A DNA stretch of 63,790 bases, filler included, from Basidiobolus ranarum (Eukaryota), in NCBI GenBank assembly GCA_040143965.1. It is 14 parts of 14 records of this genome, joined end to end, with 100 filler letters (N's around TTAATTAATTAA, not from the genome) between each part and the next. Parts side by side here need not be neighbours in the genome. Positions count along the whole stretch, not along the records: positions 36,581 to 41,038 come from JASJQH010008831.1; positions 41,139 to 45,596 come from JASJQH010008832.1; positions 45,697 to 50,152 come from JASJQH010008833.1; positions 50,253 to 54,701 come from JASJQH010008834.1; 10 more parts are not named here. One strand, written 5' to 3'. The notes beneath the pieces were generated by a model. It did not search any database. It had not been told where the DNA came from and worked only from the letters and a program-made list of their open reading frames with translations. This document shows positions 37,301-50,898 of the stretch, piece by piece. How positions within the stretch are numbered: the first letter of the stretch is position 1; the number at the start of each line of letters is the position of its first letter. The position numbers and the translations under genes are program-made.

Positions 37301-40300
37301 GAATATCATAATATTTCCCAAGCTCCTTGCCTCAATCACGATGTTTTCACGAGGCTTGTTACATAATGATTGACCCCATGTAGACGTTGATTGGCTCATC
37401 GACTAGAACCCAATACAGCATCAGCTGAAAGCCCTACTTGGACTTCATGCTGAACAATGGATTGGAGTAAACACAATTGCGTTACTGGGTCGTCTTTTCT
37501 ATAATTGTATCGCTCCAGAGCAAAGCATACTTCAATCTTACGAATCGCTCAGTGCAGTTGAAGGACCAAGATTAGGTAAGCTGGAGTCGGATCTCAATTG
37601 AAAATGCACCCATTCAAGGCGTGAATTTTCAGTGTTGCAGAGCTAACGTACAGTAGTAACTTACCTGCCAGCCATGTTCCTATATACGCCCAAAATAGAC
37701 GATGCTATCCAATTAACAAGATGCACAGGCTGTTTGATTCATCCCAGAGATACCAATTGCAGCGCTTTGTATAAGGGTGTAATAGTACACAAGGTGATGT
37801 GATAATAGTGGATCTGAAATCATTTTTCTGATGCAAAGGTATTTTGTACGTAGATGATCTAGATGTACCAGCAATGTTCTAAATGCCATAAATCTCTACA
37901 GATTAAGGTTGATTATAATAGATCTGGAGTAAGTTTCACAGGGAAGATGGTAGCTAAGTGCAATGTGTTTGATGGCTCACCTGAGTAAGCCAACCCGCTG
38001 AAAACCAGATGAGCTTTCGTTTACAGTCCTGGGTTCAACATCCCGCTTGGAGTAGCACTGTAAGCAAATATAGTCAAGTTTCGATGGGCTTTTCTCAGCG
38101 CTGCATCAGCTGCCATCTGGTATTCGGTTGATAACACGTTTGAACAGGTTCACAGTCTTGGTGATTCGTTTGATAATATTCATGTCCTAATATATAACAA
38201 CCATGCTCTTTGAGAGACCAATTATAGAGTCGCACCCTACCTACAAAGTAAATATGGGTCCAGTACTTTAACTCTCCACTCGCTGAACATCACTCCTCAG
38301 TGCATCTGGAGAAGTTATGGCAGTAGATGCGGCCATGCTGTGATCAATTTCTCCTAACGTTTGTCGAATTCTATGATTCCATTAAAATTGACGAAATACA
38401 GCGTGCATATTATTTGCGCCGTAATGGACAATTAAATACTTTGGTAGCGGCTGTGGAGAGTGAATAATCGAAAAAAGTCTCATTATCTTCCAGGACACTT
38501 TGTCATGCATAAACGGATGGGGGTCTGGAGTTACCAATGGGGAATAAAATTACAATCTAAAAATGGCTGTATTTACTATATGTATTGATTGTGGTATTGC
38601 AGTCTCACCGGTGGAACCCAGCTAGATAATATATCTTAATTGAGGAATCGGAGATACTCTTTCTAGTAAGAACCTCTCGAATTTAGCAAGTTGGTTTTTC
38701 TTTACTGCAATCATGCCTATGTAGGATGATGAAATACATCGCGAATTGGGTATCTGTTAGGAGTTAAAGCTTAGCCCATGCCTTACAATCTGCAAATTTA
38801 TTCTAAATGCTGTATGTGGCCTGGTAAAATCCAGGTCCTCTGATGAAGGATCAGTCTGGTATCAGTTGGAAACATATATTCGCATGTTCTTGTGAGGAAA
38901 TACAGAGTATTGGTGGTTTCGCTTCCAAATGCTACGAGTTTAATTGTAATTATGGAATTTGATATACATCAAGGAATCCGTTTCATACTCAAATCGGCAG
39001 AGGTAGTCCAGGTCCTGGGTGGGAACATGTCCTTGAGAAAGGGTATAATGCTGGTGGGAAAGATCGAGACAAAAGAGGAATATGCCTAATAAGATAAAGA
39101 GCTCGCCGGATTCTCGTTGTGAGGCCACTGGGCCAACAAACTATTGGGACACAAATCTTGCAATGTCATACACTCTAATGAGTCTCATTAGTTAAACACG
39201 TTGCTTTGTCAGAGTTTAGCCCTCCAGTTACTTCGATATCTAGCAAAATCCCCAGTGATGCTGCACACCACTATTAAGGGAACTCCCTAGAGCACAAGAG
39301 CACACTGGCCATTAGATTCCTGATGTTGAGTTGGGTTTATCATCGCAGAACTAGTACATTCTCACATACGCAATCCGATGAGATCAGTCAACGAATAGCC
39401 ATAACTCTACCCCATTCCCAACTTCAGCTTATACATATTTATATGGTCTATGCAAACCTCTAAACAAGACATCAGGGTGAGCCAATAGCCGTGGAATTGA
39501 TCTAAACTAGTTATAGCATCGGCCCTGCCCGCCCAGACAAGTACAATCACGGCGAGTACGAATATTCATCCGACTTCAGAACCCTAGGTCTTTGGGGAGA
39601 ATAAGATTGTTTCTTGACCAACCATCAGCTACAACAGCGGTGATCTACGGCTCAATGGTGAAGTACCAATGATGGGGGATGAGAGAACATCATTTTAAGA
39701 ATCTGAAACATGTTACACAAGAGGCATCATTTGCTTGCACACTCCGGACCCTTCCATAGGTGGCTTCTTTCTTAATTGAGTTATTGCTTTCCCCACAATT
39801 AAGTTCCATCTTGAGAAATCTAGGAAGTGATTTGACATGGGTTCGACGCTTTTGGCCTGAATGAGGAAAGGGAGGAAGGAAATCCACACTGTCAATATCA
39901 TCGGTATGATTCACTTGGTGTACAGAGTAATGGATCGCTCTGCCCTGGACCGCCGCTAAGCGCACTGGTTGAAGAACACTTCATACATATCCCATTCCGG
40001 GATTGATTCTTGCACATGTAAAGGTGGCAATGCTTCCGCTTAAAACCTTACCAAGCAGTATTCACATTAGTTGTTATTTGGATTTAGGCTGTGCGACGCA
40101 CAATAGGGATTAGGAGCCAATCATCACAACGTTCCACTAGTTTGGATTTTATGGAGACTTGGAGTGAAACTAGGAGGATTTTCAAGATTCGGGAGCAGCT
40201 ACTCCAGTACATGCAGAGTCGATACTGAACCACTCAAGAATAAAGAGATGTCGTAGGAGCATGCTTCGTGGGCCTACGGGAATCGAAGAGGTCGTTATTT

Positions 40301-41138
40301 TTAGATATCTTTACTCCAGAATCAGACACGAAATGTGGCTTGATTGAACAGTAGGATTGTATGTGAGTTCTGAAACATTAACTAGGGGTAGAGATGATAT
40401 TCCTCTAAATTAACAAAGCCGTCGAGGGATGGCGATTCTACATCTTTAAACGGTATCGGTAATACTGGAAAGATCAGTAAGGATTCAGATATCATTGTTT
40501 CGGCTTTCCTCAAAAGCGTGTGATCGTGTGAATCTTAGAATGACAAGTATTTTCTCTATTTATTTGGCAGTTGGGTTTTGCGTGAGGTAACACCTCCATT
40601 CTGATCCTTTCGGCTATGATTCAGACCATCCAATTAACTAATATATCTCCGTTACCTGCTTCATCACACATTTGCTCTCACATGCGCGGTTGCTCTAGTT
40701 TGAGGAATTAATTAATTTCGGATTTTTATTTAATTTGTGGTATTTCTCTTTTTTCGATGCTACGAGTAAACAATATCCATCGAGGTGTATCTAAGTGGGG
40801 TGTTTTCTCATTCAGACGACAATCTCCGCAGAGCCCAATCTTATTTAAATACGAAGCCTCGCCGGCGGATCAGAAATATTGTAGCATCACATCTGTTTGT
40901 TTCTTTGTAAAGTAGTTGACTTCTTACCAGTCTTTTCTTTGGTCATCTGAATTGGACACCAAACCCCATTACAACTGCACCCACACAAACACCCTCGACT
41001 CCCACGAAATAGATTTCAATTTCCTCCACTTACTGAATNNNNNNNNNNNNNNNNNNNNNNNNNNNNNNNNNNNNNNNNNNNNTTAATTAATTAANNNNNN
41101 NNNNNNNNNNNNNNNNNNNNNNNNNNNNNNNNNNNNNN

Positions 41139-42745
41139 TTTCTTGATTGGAATAACTCATATTTACATAAAAACCTCTTGGACTATATGAAAGTTTGTAT
41201 CAGTTCTGATCCTTTTCTCCCTAAGCTAAATAAATCCCATTTTGATCAGTGATGGTGCATCCTGACTTATCAAAGTTGAATATCAGCCTTTATGAGGTGG
41301 CTTGCATGCAGATATTAAATTCTTGACAGTATCTGGAACATGTAGTACTTCCTTAAAAGTATACACTTTCTCTTCAGAAGCTCCAGTTAACTTGACTTCA
41401 ATTATTCCTGTTCCAATCACATCCAATGTGCAGTCATCTGCCATGAAAACCAATCTAAATTTGGGATTTCTTCACAATCCACAAACCAATGTTTTTCATT
41501 TGTGAAATGTTGGGAGGCTCTAAAGTTGATATACCATTTCTGAGAATCTTTGTTGGTAGTTGTAGATAGAGCAGATATGAACAAGTGATCTTCAGTTGTA
41601 ATCACATTTCCAGATTCAGTACCTTTTTCTTCTTTTGCAATTCATGTAAAGCAATCTTTGCTTAAATGGCCAGTTCTTTTAAAGCAATCACAGAATGTGT
41701 TACTTTTCTTCTTAAAGTGCTTTTGACCTAGATAGGAAGGTTACCCATAGCCTATAAAAGCATTTCTTTCATTCTTTTGGTTGGGTCTTGATTTGTATGA
41801 ATCTTCATACAGAAGTCTGCCAAATTCATAATTTAAGGTCAAATTCTCAGTTCTTGATTCTATAGCCATTGCTAGGCTCTGAAACTTGCGTGGCAGGCTA
41901 TTCAGGACAGTAAATATGATATCATGATCAGTGATAGGTACTCCAATGCATTCCATTTCATCCACTAAAATAGTGACTCTCTTAATTAGTGATTTAATGT
42001 CTTCTCCTGGCTTCATCGTTAAGTTAAAGAATTGTCTTCTTAGAAACATCATGTTGGCAGCAGAGCCTGTTTGGTAGGTGTCTTCCAAGGCTTTCCATAC
42101 CTTCTTGGCAGTTTTAGCTCTTGAACATTGAATTAGCATTAGTCTTTAAAATTAAGACAAGTTATGTTTAAGGCACTTTGTTCATGTTTAACCTGGAGTG
42201 AAACATTGGCTTCAGATAGTTTTACATTGTTTTCTTCTCCTACAACAGTGTCCCAAAGTTCTTTTTCCTGCAGCAGCATTTTCATTTTAATTTTCCTAAC
42301 TTGTTAATTGGTTCCATCCAATTTGTCAGATGAGGGAAATGTTCCATAAATTTGAGAAGTAGATATTACAGAGAGTGCAAGCTTGGGGCTCATAATCGGT
42401 TAAAGTATTTGGGAGTCTGTTGGAAGTGGTTTGGAGAATTAGAGGAATTGGTGGTTTTCACTTACTGATTTATTGAGTATAAAGTTGACATATATAGTTT
42501 TACCACGATGAAAGCAAACCAACATGTAAAATCTGTCAAAGAAGGTCCCAGAAGCATATGTGCAAAGTTTGGGGCTTCTAGCAAAAGTTTGAAAAATCTA
42601 TATATCTGAGAACTTCCAAGTTGGTAAAAATATCTGAAGTAAATTCTGATTGAGAATAATAGACAATATCTTAGTGAAATATAAGATAACTAAGTACTAA
42701 GCTATATATGACTATATAGATGTTTAGGCAATACTAAATTCAATA
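41139..42745 (-). mobile_element. Copia family A 5' LTR (42398-42745), PBS, gag and protease (degenerate)
   Basis: PBS GATTATGAGCCC (42397-42386); AKTAKKVWKALEDTY, LNSLPRKF, WYINFRASQH. Confidence 0.9.
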
Positions 42746-43667
42746 TGCCCAAGTTCCAGATCAAGAGAACTAACTGATATTCCTGGATGAAGTGAGAATT
42801 ATTTTTAAATTATTGATTGACCAGATATGAGGTAGCTAGTTAAGGAAAGCAATACCATCAATATTTCAATGGCAATGCACCTTATGCCATTAATAAATAT
42901 TTGAGCAACTTCCAGGAAAAATGAAAATGAATCTTTTAGGCACCACCTGACTTTAAATATGTAACCTCATTTAACTCACTATTATTAAGTGTGATCGTAG
43001 CATCTTGTAATCACAGAGAGTAAGTTCCCCAATATGAAAAAATCTCCACAATTAATATTCAACTGACTAGGAGAATTAAAGGTTTGTGGAAGCAGACATA
43101 TTATATACAGTTATGGTTATTTACATGATGGAAATTAATGGACCAAAAATGAAGTATATCAACTTTTGAAGGCTTTATGGCAAACAATTGACAGGTTAAG
43201 TAATATAATTATCCAAAATTTAACATACAGACATTTTAGGTGTAAAATAATAAGGCAATCAGATAAGCTAGCAAGAATATATTTCTGCAAAACTATCTTA
43301 GCAATTTGCCATAGTCTGGAGCACCCTGATCTGGTATTAAACACCTTGCTCTATATGGTTAAACTGGTAGCTCATACCACTACAAATGTAGTATAGTTCC
43401 CCTATTTGATATACTATATACATGAGAACTGTGATAAGAGTTTTCAAGTTAATCAAACCAATGTAACAATAAGCTGAATTGTCATAAAATTGTAAAAGTG
43501 ATGTTGGCCAAGCAGATCTAATCTAATTTGAGTATTAAGATTAGCAATAGTCTTCATCTTGTGGTAAGAGAGATTTTGCCAGATGGTTGGAATATTCACT
43601 TTAGAAGTGTGAGATAACTAAATGTATCAACAAAAATAAGAACAAGAGTTTTGGTACTGCAAAGATA

Positions 43668-44210
43668 TGTTAAACTATATAGGGAGCCTGTTGGATGTGG
43701 TTTAAAGCAATAGAGAAATTAGAGGTTTTCACTTATTGATTTATTGAGTATTTGATTGACATGTATAGTTTTGTAAGGATGTAAGCAGATTAATGTTATA
43801 ATGTGCTAAAAAGAATCCCAGGAATATGTGTGCAAAGTTTAGGGCTTCTAGCACCAGCTTGAAAAATGCCTATATATGAGAACCTCCAAGTAATTTCCAA
43901 TTGAGAATAATGGATGATATCTTGGTAAATTACAGGATAGCTAAATACTAAGCTATATATGATTATATAGGTGCTTAGACAACACTAATTACAATACTTC
44001 CCTCAACTAAATAGTTGTATAAACTAATCCCAAGGTAGGTATAAATTTCTCAAATTTCTACCTAGCTAATGGTTTGGTTAATATATCTGCAATAGTCTTT
44101 TCTGTAGAACAAGAAGCTAAGTCAATAAGTATACTCTATTTGGTTTCTCTAATAAAATGATGTCCAATATCTATATATTTGCTTCTAGTATGAAACATGG
44201 GTTTAGGTAA
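43668..44210 (-). mobile_element. Copia RNase H end, PPT and LTR-A (43668-43996)
   Basis: SKYIDIGHHFIRE, IADILTKPLA; PPT AGTTGAGGGAAG. Confidence 0.82.
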
Positions 44211-45696
44211 TGCAAACTTCAAAAGTAAAGAGTTCTCATTGAAACTTACACACTTTCAAAATTTGTTCTGCAGCTTGAATCACCTTATCAATCTAAATGC
44301 ATATTTTTAATTTCAATATCAATGTAAAAAATCACAACATTGAATAATTCTCTTCAATCAATAAGCTAAAGTAGAAGCAGCTAAAACTTGGAGTTAAAAC
44401 CAGTAATAGATCTCTTGCTACAACAGAGGTTGCAATATATATTTGCCAAGCTAACATTGCAACAGTAAATTTTGATATATCCCAGATTATCAAAAAAAAT
44501 CCATTCCTAAATAGTTCAAAATCCCCAGGTATTTCCAATCCCAAAGTTCAATTGCAAGCATTTGTAAAAATGATCAACTTAATGTTACATGTACTACACA
44601 GAACAGTCTTGAGAAATTTGAGTTTTAGATCTAAAGTTTTCATATGTTCAATTTATTGCATTCATTGTGTATCCAGTTGATATTTCTTGAACCGAACACA
44701 TAACCTTTGTTTGAATGAGTATCAGAGGTGTTACGAAAAGATAAAATCACCAAGTTTGTCTGAGACTCTCTCAGCTGTTTATCAACTTCCGTACAACCCT
44801 GGGAATATACATCTGAAGTTGTATTGATCAATTCCCTGACATATGTACATGCTTCTCAATATTTTGAAATATAAAGGAAATATTAAATATATCTTCTAAT
44901 TATCTCTAGCACATTCAATAAATTGCAAGTAAGCACCTTTGTAGCTTTTGATTGAACAATCCGTTGTCCAATGCATAAGTGCCAAGCTGAATGATTTCAG
45001 GATACCAGTTGCACGGGTACTTAATGTTCCCTCAATGAGAAAAGTGCAATGTTGTAAGGTCTCTGTCAATTTTTCAATACATAGCAGTGTACATATGCTT
45101 CAAGTAGAGTAATGCTTACATTCATGTTTCATTTCACTATCAAAAGTTTCAAATTGATAATAACCACCTGATACATTTTTTATACACTTCTGCAAACTGG
45201 ATATTCGTGTTGAATAGAGCAGTAAATATGAGTAAGATTCAGTTCATTTTATGTCAAACATTAAGCATTCACAATCAAGGTGAAGTAATTCAGAAAAAAA
45301 AATCAAGAATATGAAACGGGCATAGAAAAAAGGAAATAAAAATGAAAGAAGTGTGAGCAGTGATTAAGTAAACAGTGATTCAGTGTTGATGGTGGTTAAC
45401 CTACCCTACAGCTACAAAGTTATCCAGATCGCAACTGAACCAAATCGGTTTGAAACTGTTCCAAATTTACAAACATCCAGGTCCGTTCTCTTTCTTCAGC
45501 AATGAGTATCTCCTCTGGACGGTCCTTCATACATAAGTAAATATATCTTGGTGTATCGACATACCCTCATTCACTCACTCTATCATCACTGTCGCTNNNN
45601 NNNNNNNNNNNNNNNNNNNNNNNNNNNNNNNNNNNNNNNNTTAATTAATTAANNNNNNNNNNNNNNNNNNNNNNNNNNNNNNNNNNNNNNNNNNNN

Positions 45697-47300
45697 ATTC
45701 AAGATGCAGCAGGGAATGTATTGAATACTGGAATAGATTCAGTCTATCTTCTTTAAACCTGTAATAAAGTTTTTCATATCCAATTACAAAATCTTTTCAC
45801 AGTTGCTCTATCTGCCTGAGATCTGCCAATGTGAGTTGATGCTGTAAGAATGTATTGAGAATATCAACAAACAACCCCCAAAGTTGCCAATACTTATCAG
45901 GCACATATCTTTTAAAATTCCACTGGAATATATACAAATCCAATACTTCCAATCTATACATTGGAATAAAGGCCTAGATGTGTAGATATTGGTGGGAGTG
46001 CTGGTAAAATAAAATGGTATCTTGATGTTTTCAAGTATTTTCACATTTGATTCAAACTTTGCTCCTATCTTGAATGGCTCATTCATATTGAATTTTTTAC
46101 TATACAGTTGAGTAAGTAGTATTGGAATGTTGCTGAATAGTAAGTGCATAGTGCCTAATGGGAAACTCTGGCTCCAGCTGATCTCCTTCAGCTATATAAT
46201 CTTAGGCTTATGGCTAATACCAAGTTTGATGTTAGACTGACTATTTGGTGACTTGATATAGGTGATCTTGTAGAAATCTGACTGGGCTCTTGATGGTAAA
46301 ATCTTGGAGTTTAGTTTTGCATGTGTATCATAGTAACAAATATGCCTGATAGAGTACACTGTATTGATTTGACAAAATCCCCACCAACATAGTGCATTGT
46401 GCCCCAAAATTCTCCCAGTTTACTCATGGTAGGAGTGTTACCAATACATTCAATGATATTAGCTTTAATAAAATATTCACCAATCTGAACCCCATTAGAT
46501 AACCATTCAAATTACACAATCAGAAGCTCCAAGAGGATATCTAAAAGAACTGGTGATTTAGGTCCAGATATGATGGATAGTATCAAAATATCATGACTCT
46601 TATACTGTTCAGAAGATGATGATTGAAGTTAATTAAAATTATTGGCCACAAGCCTTTTCAATGGCATATTTGCTTAGTGAAAAACCAACAAGAGCCTATG
46701 CAAAAGCATGTTCATGTATGTTCTCAAACAAACCTTGACTTTTCAGATTCTTGGAGTGAAATCCATCGAGGATATTTGTAATACTATCAGCTTTATGGTA
46801 GGTACTTTGGTATTGGATCAATGATCTGTATTTGGGTGATTTGATCAAAACTTCAGGATGGGGAATCAATAGTATGTAAGCAAATATCGACAACATATAC
46901 CTGATTCAGTGATTGCCAACTGTGTGCAAACAGTACATGACTTCAGATTTTTGAGAACACCGGTGAAAGCCAAACAACTGTTTGGACATAAAGGTAGTTT
47001 AATTACTGAAGGATTATGAGTTATACAATTGACAAATGTTTTCCACTTGTACCAGGTCTGTGGCAAGCAACAGTTGCCAATCAACTGTTGTAAAAGTGTA
47101 AGAAAATCGATAAACACCTGGTTGCTAAGATTGGATTGAAATTTCCACTCCTCAATAATCAAAGCTGCTTCCATTACTCTAGGTGTTATGAGTGGACTAA
47201 TGCTTGCTAATAACAAAGAGTCCATAACAAAACTGTTGTGTTCTCCTTCAACTTCTGATATACTACCATCAGAACTGGAATAACCAAGGCCAACATTTAG
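45697..47300 (-). mobile_element. Degenerate CACTA/En-Spm (Transposase_21/tnp2-like) DNA transposase
   Basis: CPNSCLAFTG..NLKSCTVC, ITNILDG, LWPIILINFN, IISGPKSP, GHNA..W.FC and DWKYW...YS motifs across frameshifts. Confidence 0.72.
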
Positions 47301-47624
47301 TCACATGTTTGCAAAGTTGTCTTGACTTACAGGTTCAACCAAAGTTGTATTTCTACCTGCTTCATTCTGGTCATATAACTGTGGTAACTCCATGATATCT
47401 TGACTTTTGGCAATGTTACTAAAAATTTGAGGAAAAGCACAGCCAGTGGACTCAGTGGTCAATGCTAAAGTTGATTTTGTGCACCTATTACTGTTGATAT
47501 TCACCTGGCTTTGTACAGTGACCATGCATATGATAATTTTCTCTATGAAGCCTTTGGCTTTCATAGCCCAAGAACTTGAAACAATTATATCAGGGCTTCT
47601 TTCAATGTTTGTGTGATGGTGTAG

Positions 47625-48700
47625 TGTGATAGCATTGCTACCCACTGGTGGGTTCACCTATGTCCACTTCAAGCTCCTATCATTACTATTGCACAATTTC
47701 TAATTTATTGTCCATATTTGACTTACCCATATTTTCTAGCTAATCATATCTCACCATTAGTATTATCCTATATTACTCCAAATTTATCAGTATCAACCCG
47801 TTATGATTATTTTCTGGAAAATTCTACACTCTTCCAGAACATTCCACAAGATTCTTGGAGTGTTTGATAATTGGTTAAGCTTCAACCAATCAAACTTGAT
47901 TTTGGCAGAACATTCCATGACTTTCTGGATTATTCTACAATCTTCTAGAACATTCTATGAATTACTAATCTAATGATGTATGGTGATATCATAACCACAG
48001 CTCCCCACCAATAGAATTCCCTGGAACTTTCCAAAAATTCTGGTTAGTAATCATTTCTACAATCAGAAAAGTTTAAATAGGAGCTGTATCTTTTCAAACA
48101 AAAATCATTCTGGTTTTCAACTAACAATTACTACTTGTGATCACCCCTTATTTTCATTGAAGAGGAAGCTAAAGACAAACTACTAGAGGCTGTTACAGGC
48201 TACTGTGTGCCTAGAAAGGACTTGACCAGCTCAAAGAAAGTACTGATAGGTAGGTGTTATATTTCTGATGCTTTATTTTTTTTCCCTAGCTTTGTCTGCA
48301 TAGCCAAAGACTTTTCATATGCTGGATAAGTCATTACTAGTGTATCCTCATTCAAGACCTTGCTGGCTAGGTTTACAGTTGTTTTTGATTGGATATACCA
48401 TTTTATTGGATCATTCTTCAAGATGTTGAGGACAGTATATTGTTTTGTCAGGCACCGGCATATTATTCAACAGAAAACTGGATATTGCATTGTGGTTTAT
48501 CAGTCCTTAGCCATTTCTGCAGGCTTGATTCCCTTTCACAAAGACCCAAGAAGCAAGAGACAGACCCACATTACAGTACATTCCAGAGTTATTCAACTGT
48601 CATTATTGAACCCTTTGGACACCTCACAAAACCCTTAGGATATTGCAGTTATAGTTGGAAACTAACTCAAGTAATGATGAACCATTAATCAATTTTCCAG
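47625..48700 (+). repeat. Unclassified ~1 kb repeat (family F, possibly a long LTR) followed by a short gag-like ORF
   Basis: Inverted homologue at ~59850-60820; both start TGTGAT..TTGCTACCCACT; downstream ORF 48815-49013 is cut by LTR-E. Confidence 0.65.
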
Positions 48701-49013
48701 ATGTGTTCCTTTCCAGCAATAGTGCATGTGAAGAGATTGTAATCCACAATTATATAGGAAATCAATAGTTGAGCAAAGTTCAACCAAACACCATTAAGAC
48801 CATCAACTTCCAAAATGGCTACTTTGCCCACTATTGAACAACCCTCTATAGAAAATTTGGATAGAATTATTACAACAAGGGAATCACTGGCACAACACCA
48901 TAATGATTTGTATGCAATCATAAGTAAAAACTATGAAGTTGCTATAGAAGCCATGACAAGCAATAATGCCACAATATTGCAATTAATGCAGCATTCAGAA
49001 GCAACTGGTCAAC

Positions 49014-50152
49014 TGTAACAATAAGGAACTGGACAAGGACTGGAAATAACAACAAGAGGCTAGAAGGCAGGAGAGTACTTGGGTGTAGACCACAAGACAA
49101 GATAAGAGAAGACAGGACAAGGAAGAAACTTTGGCAAGAATGTTTATTGATAACTGGTGTTGATTGGACTGCTGTCTGATCAAGGAATACATGAGGCTTA
49201 TAGAGATATTGCAAGGTGAAAGATAATATACTGAATAGGGAATATACTGTGGCAATTTCAAGAGTTGGGGTGTTGGGGACTACAAGGATCAATACAAAGA
49301 GTGATGATGTAAGGATGATCAGGTGACCTTCCATGGAAGGTCTTGGCAGAAATACGCTAAGTGTGGGAAGATATGATTGGTAAGACTTTGTGGAATGTCC
49401 CAAAGAACATGACCTCCGTATAAGGTAATCTGGTTGAACTAATACAAGATTGCCAAGAAGGGTTGGCACAGCGGATATGATGTCATAATCTAATAATAGC
49501 GGAGTTCTATTTGCAGTGGATCAGAATGCCTAGATCAGTATCATGACAGTTTTCTCCTCTTTAGTGATGGCTTCTAGACATCATAGGGCCAGGTTTTTCT
49601 GGGTAGACTTCATGAAACTCCTGGCAAAGTTACTTAGTATTGGGAAGATTTGTTGCTGGCTCCCATGATTAATCATTTGTTGAGTATCCCTTCCAGTACA
49701 CTAAATATTGCAATTTTTGTTGATAAATTCTGGGATCTAGAATTTTGCTAACTTCATATTCAGAGTGTTCTTCCACTTGGATAGCTGGGGGTGGGTCAAT
49801 GCATTGGCCCTGGAAGGTGTTTCTGGCATGTGGCTATAAGAGAGACATATCAAATATATTGTGGGCTTTGAAATGGGCTGAGAGTTCGAGGCAGAAGGCT
49901 ACTGGATTGATTAGCTTAATGATCTTAAAAGGCTGTAGTCTTTTATGATCAAGTTTATCACAAGGACTAATGGTTTTGCCCTTACAAAAATAAACTTGAT
50001 TTGATCCGGATTGAATCCACCCTCTGAAATAGCAAAACTGTCAGAGAACCATCACAATATCATTGGCTTGCATTCTGCCAGGGATTTTGATGGTGTGATA
50101 GTGGTTTCTTGACAGTATCTTAACAGTATTCATACAAGTTAAAATATTGATC
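49014..50152 (-). mobile_element. Ty3/gypsy chromovirus 3' end: integrase C-terminus, chromodomain, PPT and 3' LTR-E (49014-49548)
   Basis: KLDHKRLQPFKIIKLINPVAF (GPY/F-like), LQYLVYWKGYSTND*SWEPATNL chromodomain, PPT AAAGAGGAGAAAAC before TGTCATGA..TTACA. Confidence 0.88.
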
Positions 50153-50253
50153 NNNNNNNNNNNNNNNNNNNNNNNNNNNNNNNNNNNNNNNNNNNNTTAA
50201 TTAATTAANNNNNNNNNNNNNNNNNNNNNNNNNNNNNNNNNNNNNNNNNNNNA

Positions 50254-50439
50254 GTTCAATCAGCTGGTGCAGCCATTGCCTGGGATATTGATGCCAAGCG
50301 CAACCCATTGATGACCCAATTCATTATTAACTGGGTGTTGTTGACTGCTTCTCTTCCCTTCTCTTTCGCTGTCGCCAGAAATATCAAGGATACTTCTGAT
50401 GGTGACCACGAAAAAAATGAAATCGAAGCTAAAAATTAA
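50254..50439 (+). CDS. UNC-93-like MFS transporter C-terminus (partial)
   Basis: VQSAGAAIAWDIDAKRNPLMTQFIINWVLLTASLPFSFAVARNIKD..*; the QSAGAAIAW motif is typical of fungal UNC-93-like proteins. Confidence 0.8.
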   Translation, partial: VQSAGAAIAWDIDAKRNPLMTQFIINWVLLTASLPFSFAVARNIKDTSDGDHEKNEIEAKN

Positions 50440-50898
50440 GCAGTTGTTGATCACTAGTATTAATGCAAAATTTAATGACACATAATTCATTGTTGGTTAC
50501 TAAGTGGAATACTTCACTATTTTTTCCTAATAAATAAAAAACTCATCTTAATATTAAATGCTTCTATTCCGGGATTATCTCTTTCATTATATTTTGATTA
50601 TTGAATATATTGGTTAAGTCGACTATCAATGAATTATCAGAGTCTCGCCTCGCCCCGCCAGCGACCCATTGAAATTTCGGAATTTTCGATGTTTTGTTGA
50701 AAGGAAAAGTGTTCCTAAAAATGATGTAAATCTTTCTCATACAAAAATGGTCATTTGCGGTATGAATATAGATTCCGATAAATGATTGGAGGAATTACAC
50801 GCTTTGATTTGTATAAAACTAAGAAATTTAATCGAGTAACAAGTTGCCCCAGCAAAACAGTACTTTCGAGCAATAAACGGTTTGTAAACGAATTTGTA

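Noticed and set aside
44300..45596. Possible CxC/KDZ-type transposase remnant (LFRNGFF)
   Set aside because: One weak motif in heavily decayed sequence; not supportable
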